Origin: Gammaproteobacteria bacterium
GTDB taxonomy: Bacteria; Pseudomonadota; Gammaproteobacteria; Magnimaribacterales; TMED112
Assembly: GCA_045563435.1 (NCBI GenBank)
Contig: JBJLJD010000008.1
Span: 46,241 to 110,240, forward strand
DNA length: 64,000 bases
Direction of reading: 5' to 3'
Shown here: in pieces, positions 18,680 through 27,218 of the stretch
Position numbering within the stretch: position 1 is the first letter of the stretch
Layout: each line of letters opens with the position of its first letter
Notes under the pieces: generated by a model
Told to the model about the DNA's origin: nothing
Database searches by the model: none
The model's input: the letters and a program-made list of their open reading frames with translations, nothing else
Position numbers and translations under genes: made by a program

Positions 18680-21600
18680 TGGGAATAGTTTCAACAGCGG
18701 TAACTAAATTCAGAACAAGTATCTTAATAATGATTTTCTGTGTTCTTGCTGGGATATTAGGTAGAGCAAGTATGCCTATAGCATCAAACCCAAACGTTAC
18801 ATTTCCATGGGTTAATGTTGTTGTTACTCTTGCAGGAGCTTCCCCGGAAGATATGGCAAGACTTGTTGCAAAACCTATTGAAAATAGATTTCTAAGACTA
18901 GAGGGGCAAGAAGAAGTCTTTTCAGTAAGTGGACAAAGCTATACCTATGTAAGGGTTAAATATGATATTGATTATGATATTGATCAAGCAATATTAGATG
19001 TTGAAAGAGCTGTTGGTGAGGTAAGAAATCAACTCCCTCCTGAAGCAGAAGACCCAAGAGTTGTTGAATATGCTGATAATGACCAACCAATACTTGTTTA
19101 TAGTATTAGCGGTTTTTCGAATTTAAGGGCTGGATATCAAGTTGCCAAGAATATTGAAGAGCGATTAGAAAAAGTTCCGGGTGTTTTGGAGATTTCTGTT
19201 GATGGAGTACCAGAAGAGCTTCTTGAAGTTTCTGTATCAAAATCGAAACTTGAGGGGCTTGGTGTTACTCTTGGAGAAATTGCTAATGCAGTTAGATTTA
19301 ACAATGTATTAATACCAGCAGGTTTTCAAGATACAGGGTCAGGAAGGTTTGCTGTTGAGATTCCAAGTGTTTTTGAAACCAGTGAGGATGTTTACAACCT
19401 TCCAATCAAAGCGTCAGGTTCAAAAGTTGTAAAGCTTGGAGATGTTGCCCAAATAAAAAGAACATTCAAAGATCCTTCAAGCTTTTCAAGAGTAAATGGA
19501 AAAGATGCAATCACTCTCTCCATTAAAAAAAGAGTTGGATTTAATGAACTTGATATTGCAAACACAGTAAGAGAACAAATAGATGGCTTTAAATCTGAGC
19601 TGCCTCAAAAACTATTAATTACTCCTGGATTAGATACAACGCAATTTGCTGGAGACATGGTTAATGAGTTACAAGGCAATATCATTACCGCTGTTGTTTT
19701 AGTAATGGTTCTTGTGGTCGCCACGCTAGGATTAAGAAACGGAATTATAGTAGGTATTGCCATTCCATTTTCTTTTCTTGTAACTTTTGGAGTCCTTTAT
19801 TACGTCCTAGGTTACGAATTCAATTTCCTAGTAATGTTTGGAATGCTACTAGGTCTTGGCATGTTAATAGATGGTGGGATAGTTATTGTCGAATACGCCG
19901 ATAAGCTTATTGATAAAGGTCAGAACCGACTAGAGGCTTATAAAAATTCTGCTCAAAGAATGTTTACCCCAGTTGTTGCCTCTGTACTTACGACGGTTGC
20001 TGCATTTACTCCATTAATGGTTTGGCCAGGCATGTCAGGTAAATTTATGAGATATTTGCCAATAACTGTTTTTGTTGTTCTGATGGCCTCTTTAGCTTAT
20101 GCATTAATATTTGCTCCTGTTATTGGTTCATTATTTGGTAGAAGAAAAGGACAAAAAGATGAATCAAACGATAATGACGATACATTTCTTAAAAGAATAT
20201 ATAAAAGAGCAATTAACTTTTCTCTGAAGAACCCACTTGAAACAATTGCATATACTTTTTTCTTTGTACTCTTGGTAATCCCTTTAGGAATTGTAGGAAA
20301 TTATGGAAAAAGTTTTGTCTACTTTCCAAGTGTTGATCCATGGATAATTAATGTCAATATTCAGGCAAGAGGAAATATTTCTCCTTATGAAGCTAAAAAT
20401 ATGGCCTTAGAAGTTGAAGATAAAATTATTGGTCTCAAAGGGGTTGATGACGTTCTAATGACAGTATCAAATTCTGAATGGGGTGGGGGATCAGGTGTTG
20501 CAAGAGGGTATATTCTTGTTGAAGATCCTAAAACATTAGATATCAGTGGTTTTGAAGTTCTAGACAATATTAGAAATCAATTTGACGATAATGCTGGTTA
20601 CAAGGTGACTGTTAGAGAGGTTAAAGAAGGGCCTGGGCAATTTACAGCACCCGTTGAAATCAGACTTCTTAGTGAAAATAGAGACTTAATAGATCAAAAG
20701 ACTATTGAGCTGAGAGACTATATTGAAAATAATATTGATGGTCTAACTGGCCTATCAGATACAACTCCTAAATATAAAATTGAATGGAAATTAGATGTTG
20801 ACAAAGAGCGCGCATATCAAGCTGGAATAAATTTATTTGAAATTGGCTCTGCAGTTCAGATGGTTACTAATGGAATATTATTAGGAGAATATAGACCAGA
20901 CGATTCACGTGAAGAAATTGAAATTAGAGCAAGATTTCCAGCAGATCAAAGGACTCTCTCAAGCCTGGACCAAATTTCAGTAAATACAAGGAATGGTGCT
21001 GTTCCTGTTTCAAGTTTTGTTAAGGTTGATGCAAGACAGAATGCTACATCCTTAAATAAAATTGACGGGAAATATTACCATGAGATAAGTGGAATTAATA
21101 AACCGGGATATAACCTCTATGATGAAATATCAAAAATAAAACAATGGATGATAGATAATGATTTTGAGGACTCTAGAATGGAAGTTAGATTTGGTGGATT
21201 AACTCAACAAGGTGATGAGGCTACTAGCTTCCTACTTATGGCAATGGTTGGAGCATTATTTTTAATGTTCATTATCTTAGTAACACAATTTAATAGCATA
21301 TCCCAACCTATAATCATTCTGATGTCTGTCATTTTTTCAACTTCTGGAGTTTTCTTAGGACTTACTATTTCACAGGTTGAGCCTTCAACTATTATGACTG
21401 GAACAGCAATAGTAGGTCTTGCAGGAATTGTTGTAAATAACAACATTGTTTTGATAGATACATTTAATCGACTAAAAATAGATTTTCCTGATAAAAACAT
21501 TGAGCAGCTAATCACAGAAACTTGTATGAGTAGATTGCGACCTGTTCTTCTTACAACAATTACTACAATATTTGGTTTAATTTTCCTTGCCTCTGGATAT

Positions 21601-21795
21601 AGTATCGATTTACTAAATCAAACAGTTTATGAGGGAACTTCAACAGTAAAATGGTATCAAGCATTTGGAATCAGTATTTGTTGGGGCTTAGGGTTTAGTA
21701 CTGTGATTACACTTATAGCCACCCCTGCCCTTCTTATGATTCTTGAAAAATTTACAAAATGGTCTAAGAATTTACGTAATAGTTATAGTGGCTAA
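18679..21795 (+). CDS. efflux RND transporter permease (AcrB/AcrD/AcrF family)
   Basis: 1038 aa, duplicated 6-TM plus large periplasmic-loop architecture, conserved 'FNFLVMFGMLLGLGMLIDGGIVIVE' TM4 region. Confidence 0.92.
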   Translation: MGIVSTAVTKFRTSILIMIFCVLAGILGRASMPIASNPNVTFPWVNVVVTLAGASPEDMARLVAKPIENRFLRLEGQEEVFSVSGQSYTYVRVKYDIDYDIDQAILDVERAVGEVRNQLPPEAEDPRVVEYADNDQPILVYSISGFSNLRAGYQVAKNIEERLEKVPGVLEISVDGVPEELLEVSVSKSKLEGLGVTLGEIANAVRFNNVLIPAGFQDTGSGRFAVEIPSVFETSEDVYNLPIKASGSKVVKLGDVAQIKRTFKDPSSFSRVNGKDAITLSIKKRVGFNELDIANTVREQIDGFKSELPQKLLITPGLDTTQFAGDMVNELQGNIITAVVLVMVLVVATLGLRNGIIVGIAIPFSFLVTFGVLYYVLGYEFNFLVMFGMLLGLGMLIDGGIVIVEYADKLIDKGQNRLEAYKNSAQRMFTPVVASVLTTVAAFTPLMVWPGMSGKFMRYLPITVFVVLMASLAYALIFAPVIGSLFGRRKGQKDESNDNDDTFLKRIYKRAINFSLKNPLETIAYTFFFVLLVIPLGIVGNYGKSFVYFPSVDPWIINVNIQARGNISPYEAKNMALEVEDKIIGLKGVDDVLMTVSNSEWGGGSGVARGYILVEDPKTLDISGFEVLDNIRNQFDDNAGYKVTVREVKEGPGQFTAPVEIRLLSENRDLIDQKTIELRDYIENNIDGLTGLSDTTPKYKIEWKLDVDKERAYQAGINLFEIGSAVQMVTNGILLGEYRPDDSREEIEIRARFPADQRTLSSLDQISVNTRNGAVPVSSFVKVDARQNATSLNKIDGKYYHEISGINKPGYNLYDEISKIKQWMIDNDFEDSRMEVRFGGLTQQGDEATSFLLMAMVGALFLMFIILVTQFNSISQPIIILMSVIFSTSGVFLGLTISQVEPSTIMTGTAIVGLAGIVVNNNIVLIDTFNRLKIDFPDKNIEQLITETCMSRLRPVLLTTITTIFGLIFLASGYSIDLLNQTVYEGTSTVKWYQAFGISICWGLGFSTVITLIATPALLMILEKFTKWSKNLRNSYSG

Positions 21796-21838
21796 TTTAT
21801 ATCAAATAGTTTTATAAAATTTAAGTTAAAATATTTTT

Positions 21839-22051
21839 ATGGCAAAGTTTGAAGAATCAATAAAAGAACTAGAAAAAATTGTAAAAACACTTGAAGATGA
21901 TGATCCCAGCTTAGAGGATTCCTTAAAGAAATTTGAAAAAGGTGTAGCATTAATAAAAGTTTGTCAAAAAGAACTTGAGACAGCAGAAAATAAAATTAAA
22001 GAGCTTACTGAAAATGGCGACACAAAAATCTTCGAAGAAAACAGTTCTTGA
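21839..22051 (+). CDS. xseB: exodeoxyribonuclease VII small subunit
   Basis: 70 aa with 'FEESIKELEKIVKTLE...LEDSLKKFEKGVAL'. xseB-ispA-dxs synteny. Confidence 0.9.
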   Translation: MAKFEESIKELEKIVKTLEDDDPSLEDSLKKFEKGVALIKVCQKELETAENKIKELTENGDTKIFEENSS

Positions 22052-22907
22052 TCTTGAAAACTTTGAATCACTTGTTGATGAAAGACTAAATTCAATATTC
22101 CAGAGAGTAGTAAAAAATCAAACTAAAATAGATGAATCCATTTACTATGCTTTATCTAATCCAGGAAAAAGAATACGACCAACCCTGGTTTTTCTAGTAG
22201 GTGACTTTCTAGGGATAGAAACATCTCGTTTAGAAAGTATTGCTGGTGCAGTCGAATTAATACATACATATTCCTTAGTTCATGATGACCTACCCTGCAT
22301 GGATGACGATGATTTAAGAAGAGGAAAACCAACTCTTCATAAAAGATTTAATGAATCAACTGCTGTTCTAGCAGGTGATGCTCTACAAACATTAGCTTTT
22401 AATTTAATTCTAGAGGATAAAAATTTAGATAGTACTGAAAAACGTGATTTACTTAGTGACTTGGCAAAAAAGATAGGTCCTGAAGGAATGGTTTTAGGTC
22501 AAAATTTAGATATTGAATATGAGAACAAAAATCCAAGTTTTAATGAAATTATGGAAATGAATAGATTAAAAACTGGATTATTAATAGAATTTTCAATTCT
22601 ATCTTCATTTTATTTAAAAGGAGATTTAACTAAAGAATGGAAACAGTTAGCTGAAAATGTTGGATTAAGTTTTCAATTAATTGATGATGTACTTGATTTG
22701 TCAGAAACTACAGAAATAATTGGTAAAACAGCAAAAAAAGATCTCAAGAATAATAAAAAAACTATTCCAATATGTTTTGGAATTAACAAAACAAGTATTG
22801 AAATTGATAAATTCAAAGAAAGTACAATGGAAATATGTGAAAAACTTTGTTTAAATAACCACCCTCTATCAGCTTTTATTGATAGTTTATTTTCAAGAAA
22901 ATTTTAA
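22014..22907 (+). CDS. ispA: (2E,6E)-farnesyl diphosphate synthase
   Basis: Asp-rich motifs 'LVHDDLPCMDDDDLRRG' and 'FQLIDDVLD'. I prefer the ATG at 22014 to the ORF-track start at 21975, which is buried deeper in xseB. Confidence 0.88.
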   Translation: MATQKSSKKTVLDLENFESLVDERLNSIFQRVVKNQTKIDESIYYALSNPGKRIRPTLVFLVGDFLGIETSRLESIAGAVELIHTYSLVHDDLPCMDDDDLRRGKPTLHKRFNESTAVLAGDALQTLAFNLILEDKNLDSTEKRDLLSDLAKKIGPEGMVLGQNLDIEYENKNPSFNEIMEMNRLKTGLLIEFSILSSFYLKGDLTKEWKQLAENVGLSFQLIDDVLDLSETTEIIGKTAKKDLKNNKKTIPICFGINKTSIEIDKFKESTMEICEKLCLNNHPLSAFIDSLFSRKF

Positions 22908-24773
22908 ATGAAAAAATTTGATAAATTTCCTTTAAAGGAACCGATTTCTGAATTTTTAAAAGAAATAGATTCTCCAAAGGATTTAAAAAAATTAAATCTA
23001 GAACAACTCAATATACTTGCTGATGAATTAAGAGAATTTTTACTGTACTCAGTCAGCCTATCTGGAGGACATTTTGGGGCTGGATTAGGTGCAATTGAGC
23101 TTACCATTGCTCTTCACAGCATCCTTAATTTGCCGGAAGACAAAATTGTCTGGGATACAGGACACCAGGCATATCCTCATAAAATTCTTACTGGCCGTAA
23201 AGATAAAATGCATCTTATGAGGAAGCTTGATGGTATTGCAGCCTTTCCATCTATAACTGAATCAGTTTATGACGCAATGAGTGTTGGACACTCAAGCACA
23301 TCTATAAGTGCTGCACTTGGAATGAATGAGGCAAATTTAAATAAAAATAATAAAAAAAATGTTTTTGCTGTTATTGGTGACGGTGCAATGACAGCAGGTA
23401 TAGCTTTTGAGGCAATGATGCATGCCGGACATCTTGATAATAATCTCAAAATTATTTTAAACGATAATGATATGTCAATTTCTAGGAATAAAGGTGGGCT
23501 ATCCGATTATCTTGCTAAAGTATGGGCATCAAAATCTTATAAAAAATTAAAATCTAGTGGTAAAAGTGTATTAAGCAAACTTCCTTATGCTCTACATATT
23601 TCAAGAAATTTAAAGGATGGAATAAAGTCAGCAATAATGCCAGGAAATCTTTTTGAGGATATAGGAATTAATTATATTGGTCCGATTGATGGTCATGACA
23701 TTGAGTTACTTCAAAAAACAATCAAAAGAATGATGGAGAAGGGCTCACCATATTTACTTCACATAATCACAAAAAAGGGGGCTGGATTCATACCTGCTGA
23801 AGAAGAAAGAATTAAATATCATGCGATTTCAAAGATTGAACTACAGAAAAAAAGTTCGAAACCAAAATTCCAAGATATTTTTGGTGATTGGTTATGTGAT
23901 AAAGCAGAAACTGACAAAACGCTAGTTGGTATAACTCCTGCAATGAAAGAAGGATCTGGAATGGTAAACTTTGAAAAAGAATATCCTGAAAGATTTTATG
24001 ATGTTGCAATTGCAGAACAACATTCTGTAACTTTTGCTGCTGGATTATCTTTAGGAGGCTTAAAACCGGTTGTAGCAATATATTCAACATTTTTACAAAG
24101 AGGATATGATCAGTTCATACATGATGTATGTTTGGAAAATCTTGACGTTACTTTTGCAATAGATAGGGCTGGAATTGTTGGAGAAGATGGTCCTACACAT
24201 ACTGGAAGTTTTGATATTAGTTTTATGCGATGCATTCCGAATATTGTGATTGCTTGTCCATCGAATGAGCATGAGCTTTGGCATCTTTTGGATATCTGTT
24301 ATGAGTATAAAGGACCGGCTGCAATAAGATATCCAAGAGGATCTGGAATTGGTGTAGAGCCAAGGCCTAAAGATATCGAAGGTTTTCAAATTGGTAAGGC
24401 TAAGAAAATAAATGATGGTCAATCTGTTTGTATTTTAAATTTTGGGGTATTGATAGACCAAATAGATCGAATTGCTGAGAAAAGGAATTACACCTTTTAT
24501 GATATGAGATTTATTAAACCAATTGATGAAGATGCATTAAAACATGCTATGCAACATGAGGTAATTATTACCTTAGAAGACAATACTCTACTGGGCGGAT
24601 GTGGCAGCGCTGTTGGTGAGAAATTACACAAACAGAAATTTAAAGGAGATTTTCTATCAATTGGGCTAAAAGATGAGTTCCCAGCTCATGGAAGTAGAGA
24701 TGAAATTCTTAGACAAAATGGATTGGATAAAGAAAGCATTCAGAAGACAATCGATGATTTCTTAAAAAATTAA
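22908..24773 (+). CDS. dxs: 1-deoxy-D-xylulose-5-phosphate synthase
   Basis: 621 aa. 'GHFGAGLGAIELT', 'WDTGHQAYPHKILTGR', ThDP motif 'GDGAMTAG'. Confidence 0.96.
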   Translation: MKKFDKFPLKEPISEFLKEIDSPKDLKKLNLEQLNILADELREFLLYSVSLSGGHFGAGLGAIELTIALHSILNLPEDKIVWDTGHQAYPHKILTGRKDKMHLMRKLDGIAAFPSITESVYDAMSVGHSSTSISAALGMNEANLNKNNKKNVFAVIGDGAMTAGIAFEAMMHAGHLDNNLKIILNDNDMSISRNKGGLSDYLAKVWASKSYKKLKSSGKSVLSKLPYALHISRNLKDGIKSAIMPGNLFEDIGINYIGPIDGHDIELLQKTIKRMMEKGSPYLLHIITKKGAGFIPAEEERIKYHAISKIELQKKSSKPKFQDIFGDWLCDKAETDKTLVGITPAMKEGSGMVNFEKEYPERFYDVAIAEQHSVTFAAGLSLGGLKPVVAIYSTFLQRGYDQFIHDVCLENLDVTFAIDRAGIVGEDGPTHTGSFDISFMRCIPNIVIACPSNEHELWHLLDICYEYKGPAAIRYPRGSGIGVEPRPKDIEGFQIGKAKKINDGQSVCILNFGVLIDQIDRIAEKRNYTFYDMRFIKPIDEDALKHAMQHEVIITLEDNTLLGGCGSAVGEKLHKQKFKGDFLSIGLKDEFPAHGSRDEILRQNGLDKESIQKTIDDFLKN

Positions 24774-25666
24774 ATAAATGAATCCCAACCTGATTTATTG
24801 AAATTTAATTTATTCTTATTTTGATCATACACATCAAGTTTTTGTTCTTTTTTAATCTTTCCAACAAAGCGAGAATCTGGAAGCATTTTTGTTAAGTCTT
24901 TTTCGTCTAAATTTGATGTAAAACACAAAACATAATCATCGCCACAAATTAAGTCTTCTTTACCATTTGTGCAAAAATTTTTATTTAAAAAGATGTCTGC
25001 TCCAACCTTTGATGAAGTTAATATACGTTTTAAATCTATTAAAAAGCCATCTGATACGTCAATACAAGAACTTGCAACTTCTCTTATTATATCAATGTCA
25101 TGTATAGGAATTTTTGGCATTAAATAATGATTTAGGTTTGTGTCAACTTGTCTATATTCTAATCGTCCTAGATAGCCTCTTCCTAATGTTCCTGATATAA
25201 AAATATTTTCATTTACTTCAGCGCCATCTCTCTTAAGAATTTTGTCGTTTGTTTTTCCTATTACTGTGACTCCAATATTTAAATTTCCTTTTGTAAGGTC
25301 GCCTCCAAGTAAAGACATGTTATGTCGTTCTAAAAATTCATTTACACCATTTGAGAATTCTTTAAACCATCTATCGGAAGGCTTATTTATTGTAATAGAC
25401 AATAGACATCCCTCAGGCCTTGCTCCCATAGCTAAAATATCACTAGCAGCAACGGCTATAGACCTATAACCAATGAAAAAAGGATCTAAATCTTTTGGAA
25501 AATGCTGTCCTTCTACAAATGAATCAACACTTATTAGAGAATTAAAATTAACTAAAGAAGAATCGTCCCCATTAGAAATGGGGAATGATTCATTTATTTT
25601 TGAAAGAGGTTTTAAATATTTCTCAATGAAATATTCTTCATTTTTTTTATGATGGGTATCTTTCAA
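24770..25666 (-). CDS. thiL: thiamine-monophosphate kinase
   Basis: AIR-synthase-like fold: 'ISNGDDSSLV', 'AVAASDILAMGARP', 'GGDLTKG'. The start is uncertain. The ATGs at 25726 and 25717 overlap the thiolase gene by 80 and 71 nt. The TTG at 25666 gives an N-terminus ('..KKNEEYFIEKYL') that aligns with typical ThiL starts. GTGs at 25693 and 25690 are also possible. Confidence 0.8.
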   Translation of the reverse strand: MKDTHHKKNEEYFIEKYLKPLSKINESFPISNGDDSSLVNFNSLISVDSFVEGQHFPKDLDPFFIGYRSIAVAASDILAMGARPEGCLLSITINKPSDRWFKEFSNGVNEFLERHNMSLLGGDLTKGNLNIGVTVIGKTNDKILKRDGAEVNENIFISGTLGRGYLGRLEYRQVDTNLNHYLMPKIPIHDIDIIREVASSCIDVSDGFLIDLKRILTSSKVGADIFLNKNFCTNGKEDLICGDDYVLCFTSNLDEKDLTKMLPDSRFVGKIKKEQKLDVYDQNKNKLNFNKSGWDSFI

Positions 25667-26840
25667 GAAGGCCTGCTGCTCCCATTCCACCACCGACGCA
25701 CATTGTGACCACTCCATACTGCGCATCTCTGTTATTTAATTCTCTAATCATATGTCCTGCAAGCCTTGAACCTGTCATGCCATAAGGATGACCAATCGCA
25801 ATTGAACCACCATCCAGATTTAACTTATCCATAGGAATACCAAGCTCATCTCTGCAATATACTACTTGAACTGCAAAAGCTTCGTTTAATTCCCATAGGT
25901 CTATATCTTCTATAGATAATTTATATTTCTCTAACAATTTTGGAATAGCAAAAACAGGACCAATCCCCATTTCATCTGGACCACAACCAACTGTAGTGAA
26001 TCCTCTAAAATATGCTTTTGGTATCAAACCCAAATCTAAAGCTTTTTCTTCAGACATCACTAATGTAACTGAAGCTCCGTCTGATAACTGAGAGGAGTTC
26101 CCTGCTGTTACACTTCCATTTTCAGGATCAAAGACTGGTTTCAAGCCAGATAGTCCCTCAATTGTAGTTTCAGGTCTGTTGCATTCATCTTTTACACATT
26201 CTGCGTCTATAACTTTTTGCTCTCCAGTCTCCTTATTTGTCAGAAGCATTTGAGTTTTCATAGGGATTATTTCGTCATCATACCTGCCTGCCTCCTGTGC
26301 CTCAGCACATCTTTGTTGGCTCTGCAAAGAATACTCATCTTGTGATTCACGAGAAACTTTGTATCTTTTCGCAACAACTTCAGCAGTTTGACCCATAGGA
26401 AAATATATCCCCGGTTCATTTTCATTTATTTTTTCATTAACAAAGCCATTCATGTTTATTACAGGTTGTGTTTGGGTTATTTGCTCAACACCACCTGCCA
26501 TAATGACATCATAGCCGCCAGCCATTATTTGTCCGGCTGCCATTGAAATAGTTTGAAGACCTGAAGAACAGTACCTATTTACAGTAGTTCCACTTGTTGA
26601 GATTGGAAGATTTGATAATACAACTGCATTTCTCCCTATATTATGGCCTGTAGGACCTTCTGGATTACCACAACCCATAATAATATCTTCAACACTATTG
26701 GGATCTAAATTTTTATTTCTATCTAGTAAGGCATTAATACAGTGAGCAACCATATCGTCACCTCTGGTCATGTTAAATGTACCTCTAAAAGATTTACTGA
26801 GACCTGTTCTTACGCTATCAACAATTACAACATTTTTCAT
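25647..26840 (-). CDS. acetyl-CoA C-acyltransferase (thiolase)
   Basis: 397 aa. Active-site 'NRYCSSGLQ', 'NEAFA', 'GHPYGMTG', 'CVGGGMG'. Confidence 0.92.
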   Translation of the reverse strand: MKNVVIVDSVRTGLSKSFRGTFNMTRGDDMVAHCINALLDRNKNLDPNSVEDIIMGCGNPEGPTGHNIGRNAVVLSNLPISTSGTTVNRYCSSGLQTISMAAGQIMAGGYDVIMAGGVEQITQTQPVINMNGFVNEKINENEPGIYFPMGQTAEVVAKRYKVSRESQDEYSLQSQQRCAEAQEAGRYDDEIIPMKTQMLLTNKETGEQKVIDAECVKDECNRPETTIEGLSGLKPVFDPENGSVTAGNSSQLSDGASVTLVMSEEKALDLGLIPKAYFRGFTTVGCGPDEMGIGPVFAIPKLLEKYKLSIEDIDLWELNEAFAVQVVYCRDELGIPMDKLNLDGGSIAIGHPYGMTGSRLAGHMIRELNNRDAQYGVVTMCVGGGMGAAGLLERYPS

Positions 26841-26860
26841 TTTAAATTCTCCGGAAAAGA

Positions 26861-27172
26861 TTATTCTAACTTGTTTTCATCATTATTTAAATCAAGCTTT
26901 TTATACCAATTAGGAATAATATCTACTTGGTGTTTTTTTGCTAAACGAATGAAGAATGGAATTGTGACTGGTGAAAAAGGAATAATTAATAAAATACCAA
27001 GGCCAGCACTTTTTAAATTTTCTCTAAATTGTGTGTTAGCTGAATCAAGTGCATCATTATCACCTGTTTCTAAATAATCAAAATATGCGTGAAGCATATT
27101 TTCGTTTGCCTTCGTTTCATTTGAAAGTGAAAGCGCGATCTTTTCAAGATTTTTCTTAATATCAAATAACAT
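26861..27172 (-). CDS. small hypothetical membrane protein (weak LETM1-like 'PF..IPF...IIPxxY' hairpin motif)
   Basis: 103 aa with a hydrophobic segment 'GLGILLIIPFSPVTIPFFIRL'. A perfect GGAGG lies 8 nt upstream of the ATG, which supports a real gene. Confidence 0.5.
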   Translation of the reverse strand: MLFDIKKNLEKIALSLSNETKANENMLHAYFDYLETGDNDALDSANTQFRENLKSAGLGILLIIPFSPVTIPFFIRLAKKHQVDIIPNWYKKLDLNNDENKLE

Positions 27173-27198
27173 AAAAAAAGCCTCCCGAAGGAGGCTTT
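27173..27198 (-). terminator. Rho-independent terminator after the TonB-dependent receptor gene
   Basis: Minus strand reads AAAGCCUCC-UUCG-GGAGGCUUU-UUUU: a 9-bp GC-containing stem, UUCG tetraloop and 7-U run, 20 nt after the receptor stop codon. Confidence 0.85.
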
Positions 27199-27218
27199 AA
27201 TTTTAGCAAATCTTTCTA

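Noticed and set aside
17681-21795. RND efflux pair (adaptor + pump) without an adjacent outer-membrane factor gene
   Set aside because: Two-gene RND operons that use a TolC-like channel encoded elsewhere are common. This is not unusual without whole-genome context.
21975-22013. Upstream extension of ispA (track start at 21975)
   Set aside because: The extra 13 residues ('MRQQKIKLKSLLK') lie deep inside xseB and have no counterpart in IspA proteins. The ATG at 22014 is the more plausible start, though this is not proven.
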